Shown in pieces: positions 1 through 11,250 of a DNA stretch of 64,000 bases. Position numbers and translations under genes: made by a program. Each line of letters opens with the position of its first letter. Position 1 is the stretch's first letter. The notes beneath the pieces are model-generated. The model saw only the letters and a list, made by a program, of their open reading frames with translations. It was not told the origin of the DNA and searched no databases. Location: the NCBI GenBank assembly GCA_008632985.1, contig QPGO01000096.1, forward strand, positions 186,001 through 250,000, read 5' to 3'. Source of the stretch: Psammoneis japonica (taxonomy: Eukaryota).

Positions 1-539
1 ACGATGAGCATTATCACAATGACCGTCTCTGAGAGCATGCTGTTGATCCATGTGCCAACGACTGCTCCTGCGATGGTCACGGGTTCCATGATGAGAAGCA
101 GCTGCCAGTCAATTAAAGGCCGATCCGCAAGGGGATGCCGCTGTCGAACATTCAATATAAGGTTAGCCAGTGCTCCACCCAGCACAGTCACATTCGACAA
201 AGGGATTGCATGTTTGGGACTGAATCTCATAACGAGAATGTAAATGGGAATGAGGATTCCCCCGCCTCCAATGCCGCCGCCAGCAGCTAAAACCAACCCC
301 AGAAAACAGAGAAAGAAACCTGCGTAGTCAGTTGGTTCAAGAGGGAACAATGACTCATGGATCTCTTCGTAAACGTGATCCCCTTCTTTGAAAACCCTCT
401 CCAGTTCCTCTTCCACGGCCACCGGGAAAGTCACATTGTCGTTCGTTTCGTCTTTGGCGTCGACAAATCTCAGCAGAGTTCCCAAAAGTATCAGGAGGAG
501 CGCTGGGGATAGCGTTGAATCCTGAAGCTTCCAAATCAT
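1..539 (-). CDS. TauE/SafE (TSUP) sulfite-exporter-family membrane protein, 5' part; runs off the left edge of the window; apparently intact copy
   Basis: My translation from ATG at 539 is open to base 1: MIWKLQDSTLSPALLLILLG...EPTDYAGFFLCFLGLVLAAGGGIGGGGILIPIYIL...HAIPLSNVTVLGGALAN...RHPLADRPLIDWQLLLIMEP. The GGIGGG, AIPLSN and RPLID motifs are typical of eukaryotic TauE/SafE proteins. TpA content is near normal. Confidence 0.85.
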   Translation of the reverse strand, partial: MIWKLQDSTLSPALLLILLGTLLRFVDAKDETNDNVTFPVAVEEELERVFKEGDHVYEEIHESLFPLEPTDYAGFFLCFLGLVLAAGGGIGGGGILIPIYILVMRFSPKHAIPLSNVTVLGGALANLILNVRQRHPLADRPLIDWQLLLIMEPVTIAGAVVGTWINSMLSETVIVIMLI

Positions 540-1329
540 TGTTGATGTGCTTTAAGAGCGAGAAATGTTGTAGTGCAAGCCGAGTTTAGCCACAGTTTCA
601 TCGCCAATCGCAACCAGAATCTAACCACAATTTGAAATTGCAGCAGACAACTGGGTGTCAGGTGTCAGCCGACCGTTTTGTGACATGCCGTGTGGAGCGA
701 GCGAGCGTGGCGACATACATGCGACATCTCTATCGTGGTTGAAGATTCGCTCGGTTGGGGTGAGATTCATTTGAATCGCGACTCGATTGGCTTGCACGCC
801 GTCTTGTCAGCACAGTGACGCAAGGATGTCAAATTACACAAACCCATTCCTAGAATGATCCATGCCCCAGATGCAGCTCCCAAGACTTGATGCATGCATT
901 TGTTGGCTGTGGTGCAAGCTCCTCCTGTTGCTGGAGCATGGCCGACAAGTCGCAACCTGGCACAGCTCATTTTGTGGAGATGACAGAGAAAAGAGGAGCA
1001 GCAGCGGAGGGGTGCCCTGAATTTGACCAAAATGTTTGAGGCTGCAGGCCTTTGGCACAGCAGTCATGTTGACAGGGATGTTGATGGTTGTCCAGTTGAC
1101 GCATTTTTTTGGGTTGTCCACAGGGCTCTCTGGGGCTTGGACATTCGAACACCACACTGGAGCCACCGCATGGTCAGCGAAAGCTTTGATTTTCTCTCAC
1201 ACATGATTGATCACCTCAGCATGTGATTGCAGTGTTTCAAAAATTTTTTGCTTGTTGAAAGAAGATGGGAACCCATCCAATTCTAACTTGGCAATGTGTC
1301 TGCCTGGCTCAGATTCGTGCTGTGGCATG

Positions 1330-1495
1330 TTGTTTGGAGAAGGAAGAATTCACTCAACTTGGACTTTTTGCAAAGAACAGAGGCAACAAAAGAGACCTTG
1401 TTTCTGAACATGTTGTTTGGAAAAGGAAGAATTCACTCAACTTGAACTTTTTGCAAAGAACAGAGGCAACAAAAGAGACCTTGTTTCTGAACATG
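1330..1495. repeat. Tandem duplication, unit ~82 bp
   Basis: ttgtttgga(g/a)aaggaagaattcactcaactt...gagaccttgtttctgaacatg occurs twice head to tail. Confidence 0.8.
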
Positions 1496-2747
1496 GTGAG
1501 AGATGTTGAGAAGAGCAAAAGCTTTCCGACAATGAGCAGCCAACTTTGCTGCCCATTCTGCGGCTGCTGAGACAGGTGTTGTTGGATCAGCAAACAATGG
1601 TGCATTTTGGGTGCCTGGATGTTCTTGCAGGCAAGGAGAGTCATTTTTTCGACAGAACAATGTCCAAAACCCCGCAAAAAATGCTCGTGGCATCCATGAA
1701 TGACCATTGCCAGAAGCAAAGGGCAGGCTGGAGTGGCAACAATCCCGTCAGCAAAACACGTGCTCTTAAAATGCAATGAACAGCCCAAACAATTTTCAGC
1801 AAACACAACACAGGAACAGAAGGGAAAAAATGCAAAGGAGACCCTTGGTGAGCTGACAAATTGGCTGGCTGACTTTGACATGTGCTCATTCCCCCAAACG
1901 GCATCTCGAGCCTCTGGCACAGGTGTCACGGCCATTTCTTTCTTTGTTCCCACCATTTTACATTGAGCTGCTTGTTGCTTTGCCATGGCCAAACAACACT
2001 CTGCAAAGGCAGTGCTTGAGCACACAAGTCGCCGGATGCTGAGCCTGTGAGATGCTCTGAACCTGGCTTTCTTGCTGCTGGAGTGGACTCCTGTTTTGTT
2101 TTTGGGATCTCTTTCCATTGATCTTGTGCAAAATGAATGCACTCAGCATCAACACTGGGCACAATGACTCAACTGTTGAGAAATGCCGTGCAAGAACAAG
2201 AGAGAAAGCAATGATGATTGACATGAAATCTCATTGGCAACAGGGAAACATTCAAAAAGTCACTCACCTTGAAGCAGCGCATCTTTGACAATGCAGCTCA
2301 CAGTGACAACAATGTCCAGCAGTGCATTGTGCAGGTCTTCATGCATTTCTCCTTGAACAATGGCAGCAGCTGGCTCCTCAGGTTCATGGCGGTGCTTGGT
2401 GACAACATCTGGGATGCCAACAATCTGGGTCTTGTTCTGACCATCAAGAGTTGCTGGCTTCAATTTGGGTTTTTTCTCTGTTCAATCAAAAATGTTGTCA
2501 CCTTGAAAAATCTGCATTCCCTGAGCATTTGACAAGAACCTTTTTCATCCACCCAGTTCACTCATGTTTTGCTTCATGAGTGAGGCTGCATCTTCATTTG
2601 TGTTCATGTCATGTCATGAATGAAGCATGCCCCTGTTTTCCACATCCAAAACTTTGCAGTCATGCACAAAGTTGGATTTTTCCATTTCTCTGAAATTTTT
2701 GTCTGTGTGGGCACTCCTCTCCACACTCTCTTCTTTCCACATGTTCT

Positions 2748-2950
2748 CTCTTTTGTCAGATTCAAGAACACCCATGTTTCCCATCTTGCAACTGACTGTG
2801 ATGCTGGGGTTGGTCCCACCAAGTTGTTCAGCTCTGTCCACTTGTGTTGTCTCTTTTGTCAGATTCAAGAACACCCAATGTTTCACATCTTGCAACTGAC
2901 TGCGATGTTGGGGTTGGTCCCACAAAGTTGTTCAGCTCTGTCCACTTTGC
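2748..2950. repeat. Tandem duplication, unit ~103 bp
   Basis: ctcttttgtcagattcaagaacaccca...gttgttcagctctgtccactt occurs twice. Confidence 0.8.
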
Positions 2951-3819
2951 AGTTGACATGCTTTCATTGAGAAAATCAGGTCAAGCATCACCTCCCCCAT
3001 TTCTGCACCATTTCCAATTCTCTCCCTTCTTCTCTTGGATCCCCTGCCTTCCCAAGAACTGGCTCAGCTTCCTTGTCTGGTCAGACTCCTGCCTCTCTGT
3101 CCAATTGCCCCAGATGTCCTCACCGCTGAGTCCCCTTTTCCAACATTGCCCAGCATCTCAAGAAGTGTGCACCAAGCCATGACAAGGAGGGTGCTTCTTC
3201 CACAGTGCCATTCCTGGCAGTGGCCTGAATGCTCTCCCCCCATTGCAGATGACCTCTGTTGTGAACTTGGTGTCAACTCCATGTTTGGTTTTGGTGATGA
3301 TGCACCTGAACCCCCCTTCCCAAAGCTTGGTTAAATCTAGATTCTCCTCTGCATGCCAACATGGAGAATGAATCTGCTGTCAGCAAAGCTGCAGTTGGAA
3401 ACAGCACCTGCAGCCCCTTTCATCAGATGCTCTGGATGTTTGCATGCTCCCGCCAGGGCTGCAGCTGCAAATGCACACCAACTCTCATTTTGTTCACTGA
3501 TGATGGTGTTTCTGCCCCAGTGGGCAAAACTTTTGTCAACGTCCCCAACTTTGTTGCAACCAAATCTGTTGAAGCTTCAGTGGGTCCTCTTTTGATGTCC
3601 TGTTGTGTGGCTGCAACATGCCCTCCTTCTGATCCTGATGACTGTGCTGCTGATTCCTTGTTTGACCAGCACACAAGTCCACTTGGACCAGCACATTGTC
3701 TTGCCCCTGATGAGGGCTTCAATGTTCCCCCCATGTGCTCACCCAGCATCACACCCATTGCTCACCTGTTGCACTTGTGTTGTCAACCCAGTGTTGCCAT
3801 TTTGACTTTGTTGACAAAG

Positions 3820-4298
3820 CAACAAGAATGGTGCACAAAGAGCATGTCAAGAAGCAATTGGATTTGACAAAGATTTCCATGAGAACTGCTGTGACCATGA
3901 AGCAGCTGCTCACACTTTCCCCAGTGTGCCTTTGCCATGCTCCTGCTGTGATGCACTGGAGTGCAACAACCCGGTTGAACAAGAATGGTGCACAAAGAGC
4001 ATGTCAAGAAGCAACTGGATTTGACAAAGCTTTCCACAAGAAATGCTGTGACCAGCATGAAGCAGCTTCTCACACTTTTCCCCAATGTGCCTTTGCCATG
4101 CTCCTGCTGTGATGCGCTGGAGTGCAACAACCTGGTTGAACAAAAATGGTGCACAAAGAGCATGTCAAGAAGCAACTGGATTTGACAAAGCTTTCCACAA
4201 GAACTGCTGCAACCATGAAGCAGCTGCTCACACTTTTCCCCAATGTGTGCCTTTGCCATGCTCCTGCTGTGATGTGCTGGAGTGCAACAACCCGGTTG
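3820..4298. repeat. Three tandem units of ~160 bp
   Basis: aacaa(g/a)aatggtgcacaaagagcatgtcaagaagcaa starts at ~3820, ~3978 and ~4139. Confidence 0.85.
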
Positions 4299-4399
4299 AC
4301 CAACAGAAGAACAGACCCAAAAAGTGCCATCATTTTTCACCACCATTCCCAGTCTGATGCTTTGCCAAAATGTTGCAGGATCTTTTCACAGAGCCAGTC

Positions 4400-5524
4400 T
4401 TTCATGACTCGCCAAAGTTGCAGGCAAATCCAGATGATGTCTGGTCTCCCTGTGCCCCTCCTCCCAGAGACAGCACCATGGTGTCAGACACACCCAATGG
4501 CAAGTGTGACGTTTGATTCCCACAACATCCTGGTGGCTGGCTGTTCTCTGCTCAAAGCCAAGACATGGTGACAGAAAGTGGCTCCAATGCTGTTCCAAGA
4601 CTCAGGAAATCACACCTGATCCATCTTGACAATTGCTCTGACAAGACTGGTGGCATCAATGTGGCAAATCCTCACAGCATGGAGCCACTCATGCACTCAC
4701 TCACCATGATTTGAGAAGGTGCCCATCATGACTGTCATTGTTGGCATCCTCTCAGTTTTGTTCTGAATGTGAGCAAGCAAGAAAAGAAAAAAATTTGACT
4801 GCCTTGTTGTTGCAAATTGTTGCCACATTCTAAAGGCAGTGCTTGGTGGACTGCTTCACAGCCACAGCCCAATCCACCAATCATTTGCACAATGATTGGA
4901 AATGAGCACAGGTTTGTGAGAGCCACAACGCACTGCAATTCCCTTTTGGACAACATTCTCAACTAAGAAAGGACAAATGATGGCAGAGTTGTGAGCCAAA
5001 GCAAGTTGGAAAGACTGCCCCACAACTGCCATGTTCCCTCCTGTTTGTCAGATGACCCTCTTCATGCCTGCAAGTTTTTCAATCAGGCTTTCATCAAGTT
5101 GCTCACACTCTCTGCATTGGGGCCAGACCCTGACAACAAGCTGGTGTTGTTGTGTGAAACACTCATCTGGGAAACACAGGACAGTGACAGCACAAAAAAG
5201 AAAGTCAGAAAGCAATCTTCCAATTCTGTGTTGTTGTCATGGCCAATGAAAACATGCACCAAAATGTCAATGCAAGCTTTTGGTCAGCACGTTGTCAACA
5301 ATGTGCACTTTCCAGTCAACACGGGTGACAACCCACATGGTGCATCATTTGGCACAATGCTTTTGGACACAATGCGCCAGACAAAAGTGGGCATTGTCCT
5401 GCAGATGATGGAGGCTGCAGCCAGTGCAATGCCAGACAAACAAAAAGAGGAGCTTGACCACATTGCTTCAAAATTGTTTTGCAGTGCTTGGCGCCACACA
5501 GGTCAAAGGTGGGTCTGTCCATGA
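4400..5524 (+). pseudogene. Highly decayed coding remnant, possibly a Plavaka-like transposase
   Basis: Fragments CHVPSCLSDDPLHAC and FPVNTGDNPHG...DTMRQ..VG loosely recall diatom Plavaka-like transposases. The region has lost both TpA and CpG. Weak call. Confidence 0.25.
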
Positions 5525-5789
5525 CTTGGAGTGAACGGCAGTCTTTCCACCCTCAGCCAACTCACTTGTGACAAAAAATGGGCAAGTTGCTTGCTTTGAC
5601 AATTGTTGCACACACCGACTGGCAGAAAACTTCTTGCTTGAGAAGAGGTGCAATCCTTTGTTTGACAGCAAAGAGAAAGAAACAGGTGATGGTTTTGAGG
5701 GGGGAAACTGGACAAGATGAGCAAATGACAGAATCCTCAGAAAGCAAACCAGAAGAAGAGGAGGAGGAGGATGTGAGTGAGGCTGCCAA

Positions 5790-6375
5790 TGAAGTCGCTT
5801 TGCCAAGCGTTTTTTGTGCTGCAAGGGTGAGTGGCACGATGAGCATCATCACAATGACCGTCTCAGAGAGCATGCTGTTGATCCATGTGCCAACGACTGC
5901 TCCTGCGATGGTCACGGGTTCCATGATGAGAAGCAGCTGCCAGTCAATTAAAGGCCGATCCGCAAGGGGATGCCGCTGTCGAACATTCAATGTGAGATTA
6001 GCCAGTGCTCCACCCAGCACAGTCACATTCGACAAAGGGATTGCATGTTTGGGGCTGAATCTCATGACGAGAATGTAAATGGGAACAAGCACACCCCCGC
6101 CACCAATGCCGCCGCCAGCAGCTAAAACCAACCCCAGAAAACAGAGAAAGAAACCTGCGCAGTCAGTTGGTTCAAGAGGGAACAATGACTCATGGATCTC
6201 TTCGTAAACGTGATCCCCTTCTTTGAACACCTTCTCCAGCTCCTCTTCCACGGCCACCGGGAAAGTCACATTGTCGTTCGTTTTGTCTGTGGCATCGACA
6301 AATCTCAGCAGAGTTCCCAAAAGCATCAGGAGGAGCGCTGGGGGACAGTGTTGAATCCTGAAGCTTCCAAATCAT
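5790..6375 (-). pseudogene. TauE/SafE paralog, copy B, frameshifted and mutated
   Basis: Aligns with 1-539. The G run near 6340 has 5 G versus 4 in copy A, shifting the N-terminus out of frame. EPTDYAG reads EPTDCAG. Family-like sequence appears to end near 5790. Confidence 0.8.
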
Positions 6376-6641
6376 TGCTGATGTGCATTGAGAATGAGAA
6401 ATGTTGCAGTGCAGGCCGAGTTTAGCCACAGTTTCATTGCCAATCGTAACCAGAATCTAACCAGAATTTGAAATTGCAGCAGACAACTGGGTGTCAGTGT
6501 CAGCCGAACGTTTTGTGACAACATGCCGTGGGCCGTGGAGCGAGCGCGTGGCAACATGCGACATCATCTCTAGAGGGGTCTTTGTGCAAGATTCTGCTCT
6601 CGAGCACCATCGGACGAAATGCCATCCCAGACAACCAACCA

Positions 6642-9600
6642 ATGGCCTCCACTTGCCCCTTTCAAGGAGATGACTCAAGACATGCCGAAGCATCAGTGGT
6701 TGAAAAGGGGCAAGTGGAGATCAAAGAGTTAAACAAAAAACACGGGATTGCACTTCGTGAGATTTTTGCTAGATTTCTCTATGGTGTGAGGACGCAACGG
6801 GAGTGGTGGTTCCCGACAAAGACAAGGGAGGCATTGGCAATGGGCAAAGGCCAACAGAAACACTTGTTGGGAACCTTGCTTGGGTTTGAAGATGATGCAA
6901 TGCAAGCTCTACTTGCAGTTGCTGGTCCAGCCGACACAAAAGGAGACGACATCATTTTGAAGCCAACCAAGTTTAACGATTTCTTCCACGAGCATTTCCT
7001 GGACAATGAAGTTGTGACAAGGAAATTTGGTGCTGAAACGAAAGGCAACAAGGTCCACTTTGTCAGAGTTGGTGGTGATGGTGACAGCGCAAAGGCTTTG
7101 GCGACAAAGGATCAGTTTTCAAAGGACAGAGACGACAGGCCAGAAATGCCAAGACACCGAGTGACCAAGCTGCGTCGTGATTTCACTGTTGGGGCAAATG
7201 AAACTCTGCTGAACGTGCTTGAAGAGTTTCACATGGACAAGAACTTGACAGTTGCAGAGTCTGAAGGCGAAGAAGAAGATTTGGAAGACAACGATGCTGG
7301 TGCGATTGAAGAAGAACACGAGGCGCTCGAACATGCGTCAGCCGCCCCCGAGGTGGAGGAGAAGCAACCAAAGGAACCAGCTCGGGAAGTTCTAGAAATG
7401 GAAAAAGAAATGGCTTTAGATGCCACTTGCTTCCCACAGTTGTCTAGGTTTGGCAATGGCTCAAAGGAGTGGGAACCATCGGCATTGGTGCAAGATGTCG
7501 CAAAGCTCCGACAAGATCAGAACCAAGGTGTCACAACTGGCAATCGTGATCCGATGCTGTTGGCACCAATCCCCAGCACACGGCAAGTGAACTGCAAGAA
7601 CTTTTGCAAGGGCTGTCAAAAATGGAAATGGCCTCAAAAGGTTCTGGAGCACGCAGGAGGTGGCGCAAAGACCAAAGACAGCGATGCTGCCAGCTCATTG
7701 GGAGCCGAGTGGCTTTGTCGGTGGTTGGCTTCTAAGTGTGAAGTTGAGTTTCTCACAGCGGCAAAGGAAGTTGGCCTCCCAGTCATACAACGGATGGATG
7801 GAACATCCGCAGGTGCCATGTGGAGTCAAGCAAACGTCAACATCAATCAGCAGAGAACAATGTTGCGGCATCTCCACCACCAGTTCGGGAAGAAAATTGT
7901 TGTGCCGGAGAAGGACGTCCGATCACTTGGTGATGGATTCATCCCCGCAAGCTGTGGAAAATGCCACTGCAAGAAAGAAGAAGGGAAGAAACCGGAAGTT
8001 GTTGATTGTTGGTCACGTTCCATTCCAGAGCTGGTGTGCGCTGAAACAAAATTCCAGCTGGAGAAGCAGATCGCTTCTGCAGAACATGACGGGGAAAAGG
8101 AACCGCCGTTGGCCAGTTGTCCGACTCATGATGGCGAGGGTTGGGGCATTGTGTGCGGAGGCAATCATGGAAAAAAGGAATGGACCGGTGTTGCTGAACT
8201 GTTCACCCATGGTTCGTCGTACAGAAGATCTCTAAAAGAAAAAATGATGCATGTTCAAGACAGTGAGCAAACGACAAAGGGTGGGTGCAGCACACTCAAG
8301 CATGCAAGCATCCAGTGCAGGAAGGACAACTCTGAAATGCTGGCCAACACAGTCTCACCTTCTGTCAATGAGGGGATGGAAAAGACAGTTTCATCTCAAC
8401 TTGTTGGCGTGCAACAAGGAGAAGGGACAAGCGCAGAGGTTGAGACAAGGCTCATCCCCAAGGATGCGTTTGCTGTTTGCGCAGCAGAGAAGGAGGGAAC
8501 CAATGTGTTGCAACACAGCATCTCAAGTGGTGAAGACGGCACATTTGTTTCCATTGTGGATGAGGCACTCACTTTGCAGGGTGGGGCTTGCAAGATTGTT
8601 CTTGCCGTGCCCAAGTTCACGATCTACATTGCTGGAGACCTCGCGTTTTACGCCGATGTTCTTGGGAAGCCCAACTCGAGTGGGCATTGGTGTCACATTT
8701 GCCTGCTGAACTGGAAAGAATGGAATGAGCGTCAGCATGAAAAAGGAGAGAAATGGACAATCGAGAAACTGCAAGCCGCACTCAAGAAGTTTCTCGACTC
8801 GAAAAGCGATGACGCGGTCATGGGGGTGCGGGAAACAATGCACTGTGCCAAAATCGGTCCTCACCTGTGTGTTTGTCCACCACTTCATCTTGAAATTGGA
8901 CTGTTCAACAAGGTGTGGGACGAGTTTACAGAATGGATTGATGCCGAATTGGAGCAAATTGATGATGAAGAGGTTGCGGCGCGGGTCAAGCCAGTTGCCG
9001 CGAAAAGTGTGCTGGATGCTGCCACAGAGGTACGAACCCATGCCAAGGATGTCACCGAGCTAGAAGTCAAGGATCTAAAGGTTTCAAAGCAAGCAGTGAC
9101 AAAAGAGCTGAAAAAGGAAGAGAGTGGAGCACCTGCAGATGAGGAGAAGGTAAACGACTTGGGTGAGCAAATAAAGGCAATGGAGTTGGCGACGGCAACG
9201 GCGGAAAAAAAGACACGAGATTCGAAGACGGATGTGAAGAGAAAACGAGCTCACCTCAAATCATGCAAAGATGCAGTGGCTGAGCTCAGGAAGGATCGTG
9301 GGTGGCCAGTTGACAGCACAGCCGTGCGGATCGAGACGATTCTGAAGAAGTGTGGCATCAACAGGGAGGCGCACCATGGCGGCAACTTTAACGGTGTGTC
9401 GTGTCGTGAGTTGGGCACCTCCATTGCTGAAATCATGCCAGAAATGAGAGAGCAAATGCTTGAAGCCAGAAAGCAATCGGGTGTGACCGATGCAGAGGTA
9501 AACAAAAATGTGACATGTGCGGGACTCTGCTTGGTCGGCTAGACGCCTTGTTCTCTTCGATGCAAGCCATCCATCCAACAAATGAGGAGCTCGAGGAAAC

Positions 9601-10003
9601 TCAAGTGTGCATTGACCTTGTCGCAGAACTGTGGTTTGAATTAGACACATCGGTCACAACGAAAATGCACTTGGCATTGGATCATCTTCTTGACCAAATG
9701 CGGGATCTTGACGGAGTTGGTGACAAGGCAGAACACCACGTTGAGGTTGAACATCAAAGATCTGCAAAAGCCGCCAAACTGACCCAGTGCATCCCAAGGT
9801 GCGACCAAAAACATGACTGTCAGCTTCGAAATCGCAAAATTGAAGACAATTCAGCCGCAATCTTGCAGAGGGAAAAGGTTGCAAAGGGGTGCAAGCGGAC
9901 TTTGAATCCTGAGCGTGAAAAGTCTCACGCGACAGCTTCAAAAAGGGCAAAGGCAGTGAAGTCAGAAAAACGAGAGAACTTCAAAGATGGCAAAAGTGTG
10001 TGA
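6642..10003 (+). pseudogene. Large DDE transposase of the RAG1-core/Transib/Chapaev type (~1120 aa), Tyr-depleted, one frameshift near 9505
   Basis: Motifs in order: GG(N)HG, IAGDLAFYADVLGKPNSSGHWCHIC, PPLHLEIGLFNK, HHGGNFNGVSCREL, TTKMHLALDHLLDQM, GVGDKAEHHVEVEHQ. This mirrors D...D-CxxC...LH...GN..R...HxxxxH...E in those families. ORFs 6528..9542 and 9515..10003 join if one A is added to an A run. Confidence 0.7.
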
Positions 10004-10944
10004 CAATGTAGTTTCTTTGTGCTCCGCCTTTCGTTCTTTTGCTTGGATTTTACAATTGACAACAGCGCCGCGACGACGGAAGCAACCATTGCGTTGCGAC
10101 TGCGGTGCTGTCAAAAAGACATTTTTTGGCTCCGAACCGTTGGATTCGTGAGACGTCATCACTGTGCAGAAATGTGCAGAGAGATTTGGTGCAGATCAGA
10201 TCAGCACCACATCCTGCGCACAGGGTCCCTGTGTGCACTTGAAACCGTCATGCGCCTCTCGACGAGGTCGCAAAGGTTTGTTTGAGGACTGAGGCGAGCG
10301 CGCGGTTGCATGAAGTTTTGAGTCCCGCCTGCTCGGGACTCGTCGACGCTTCCATCTGGACACCGCGGTGCACCACGGGAAAAAATGACGACGGGTGCGA
10401 CAATGGCATGCCGATGCAATGACTTTTGCTGGCAAGCATGTTCACTGCATGCAACTGGTTCTTGGGCTTTACACACACACCAACAAACGGGTTTGTGCAT
10501 TGCATGCAGTGGGTTTCATAAAATGGCACCGAAACAATGCACGATTCATCAAGCATTCGACAACGCGATAAAACCATGCAACACGTTGTCTCTTGTTGGG
10601 CATTGGGCAAGCGCGGATGCTTGGTTGACCGAATTGCAGATCCGGGGCGTGAGCAAAGATGTCACAGTAAAACAAATGAACAATGAATTGAAGAAGCATC
10701 CCCAACACGGCCCTCACCTGAAAGATCCAATCCGCGGAACCAAAGTTCGCGTCGTCAGTGTCATCAAAAGCACAAAGATCAAAAACAAGATGAACTGTGT
10801 CGCCTCCCACACTTGCCATCTCTTCTGCTGTGTGTGTCCGTGCAAAGCATTGGTTGAGTTGCCGTGTGATGTCCTGTGGCATTCTTGGCAGCAAACGCAC
10901 GAGAAAGATTGGTTCCGTGTCAGCACTCGCACACGCCAATCCAG

Positions 10945-11250
10945 TGACACCGAGTCCCAAGCTGCCCAATCTGCTCAACGCCAACCTGTGAATGGAGAAG
11001 AAGGGGGGGGGGAGACGACAGCACTCGTGCACACGAATCCGGCATTGCCGAGTCCCAAGCCACCGAATCTGCCCAATCTGCTCAACGCCAATCCGGTGTT
11101 GCCGAGTCCCAAGCTGCCGAATCCACCCAAGCTGCTCAAAGCCAATCCGGTGTTGCCGAGTCCCAAGCTGCCGAATCCACCCAAGCCACTCAACGCCAAT
11201 CCAGTGTTGCCGAGTCCCAAGCTGCCCAATCTGCTCAACGCCAACCTGTG
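10945..11250 (+). repeat. Pro-rich coding-type tandem repeats (NPVLPSPKLPNPPK, ~51-60 bp) in an unknown ORF upstream of the Tc1-like gene
   Basis: ccgagtcccaagc occurs five times within ORF 10385..11251. Confidence 0.8.

Larger units (their letters stand above)
1..1790. repeat. Segmental duplication, copy A (TauE 5' end plus ~1.2 kb upstream)
   Basis: 1-730 aligns by eye with 5836-6572. 729-~1790 aligns with 17026-~18010 (e.g. tggttgaagatt(c/t)gctcggttggggtgagattcatttgaatcgc). The right end is approximate. Confidence 0.85.

Noticed and set aside
3820..4298. Regularly spaced repeats as a CRISPR array
   Set aside because: Whole ~160-bp units repeat with no unique spacers, there are no cas genes, and the context is eukaryotic.
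767..5500. Dozens of overlapping 60-260 aa ORFs on both strands (also at 17-23 kb and 37.2-43.4 kb)
   Set aside because: They result from the loss of TAA/TAG. They are Tyr-free, Cys/His-rich, overlap in all frames and show no recognisable domains.
10219..10236. cacagggtccctgtgtg as the left TIR of a nested Tc1-like element
   Set aside because: I found no matching inverted copy downstream of the transposase.
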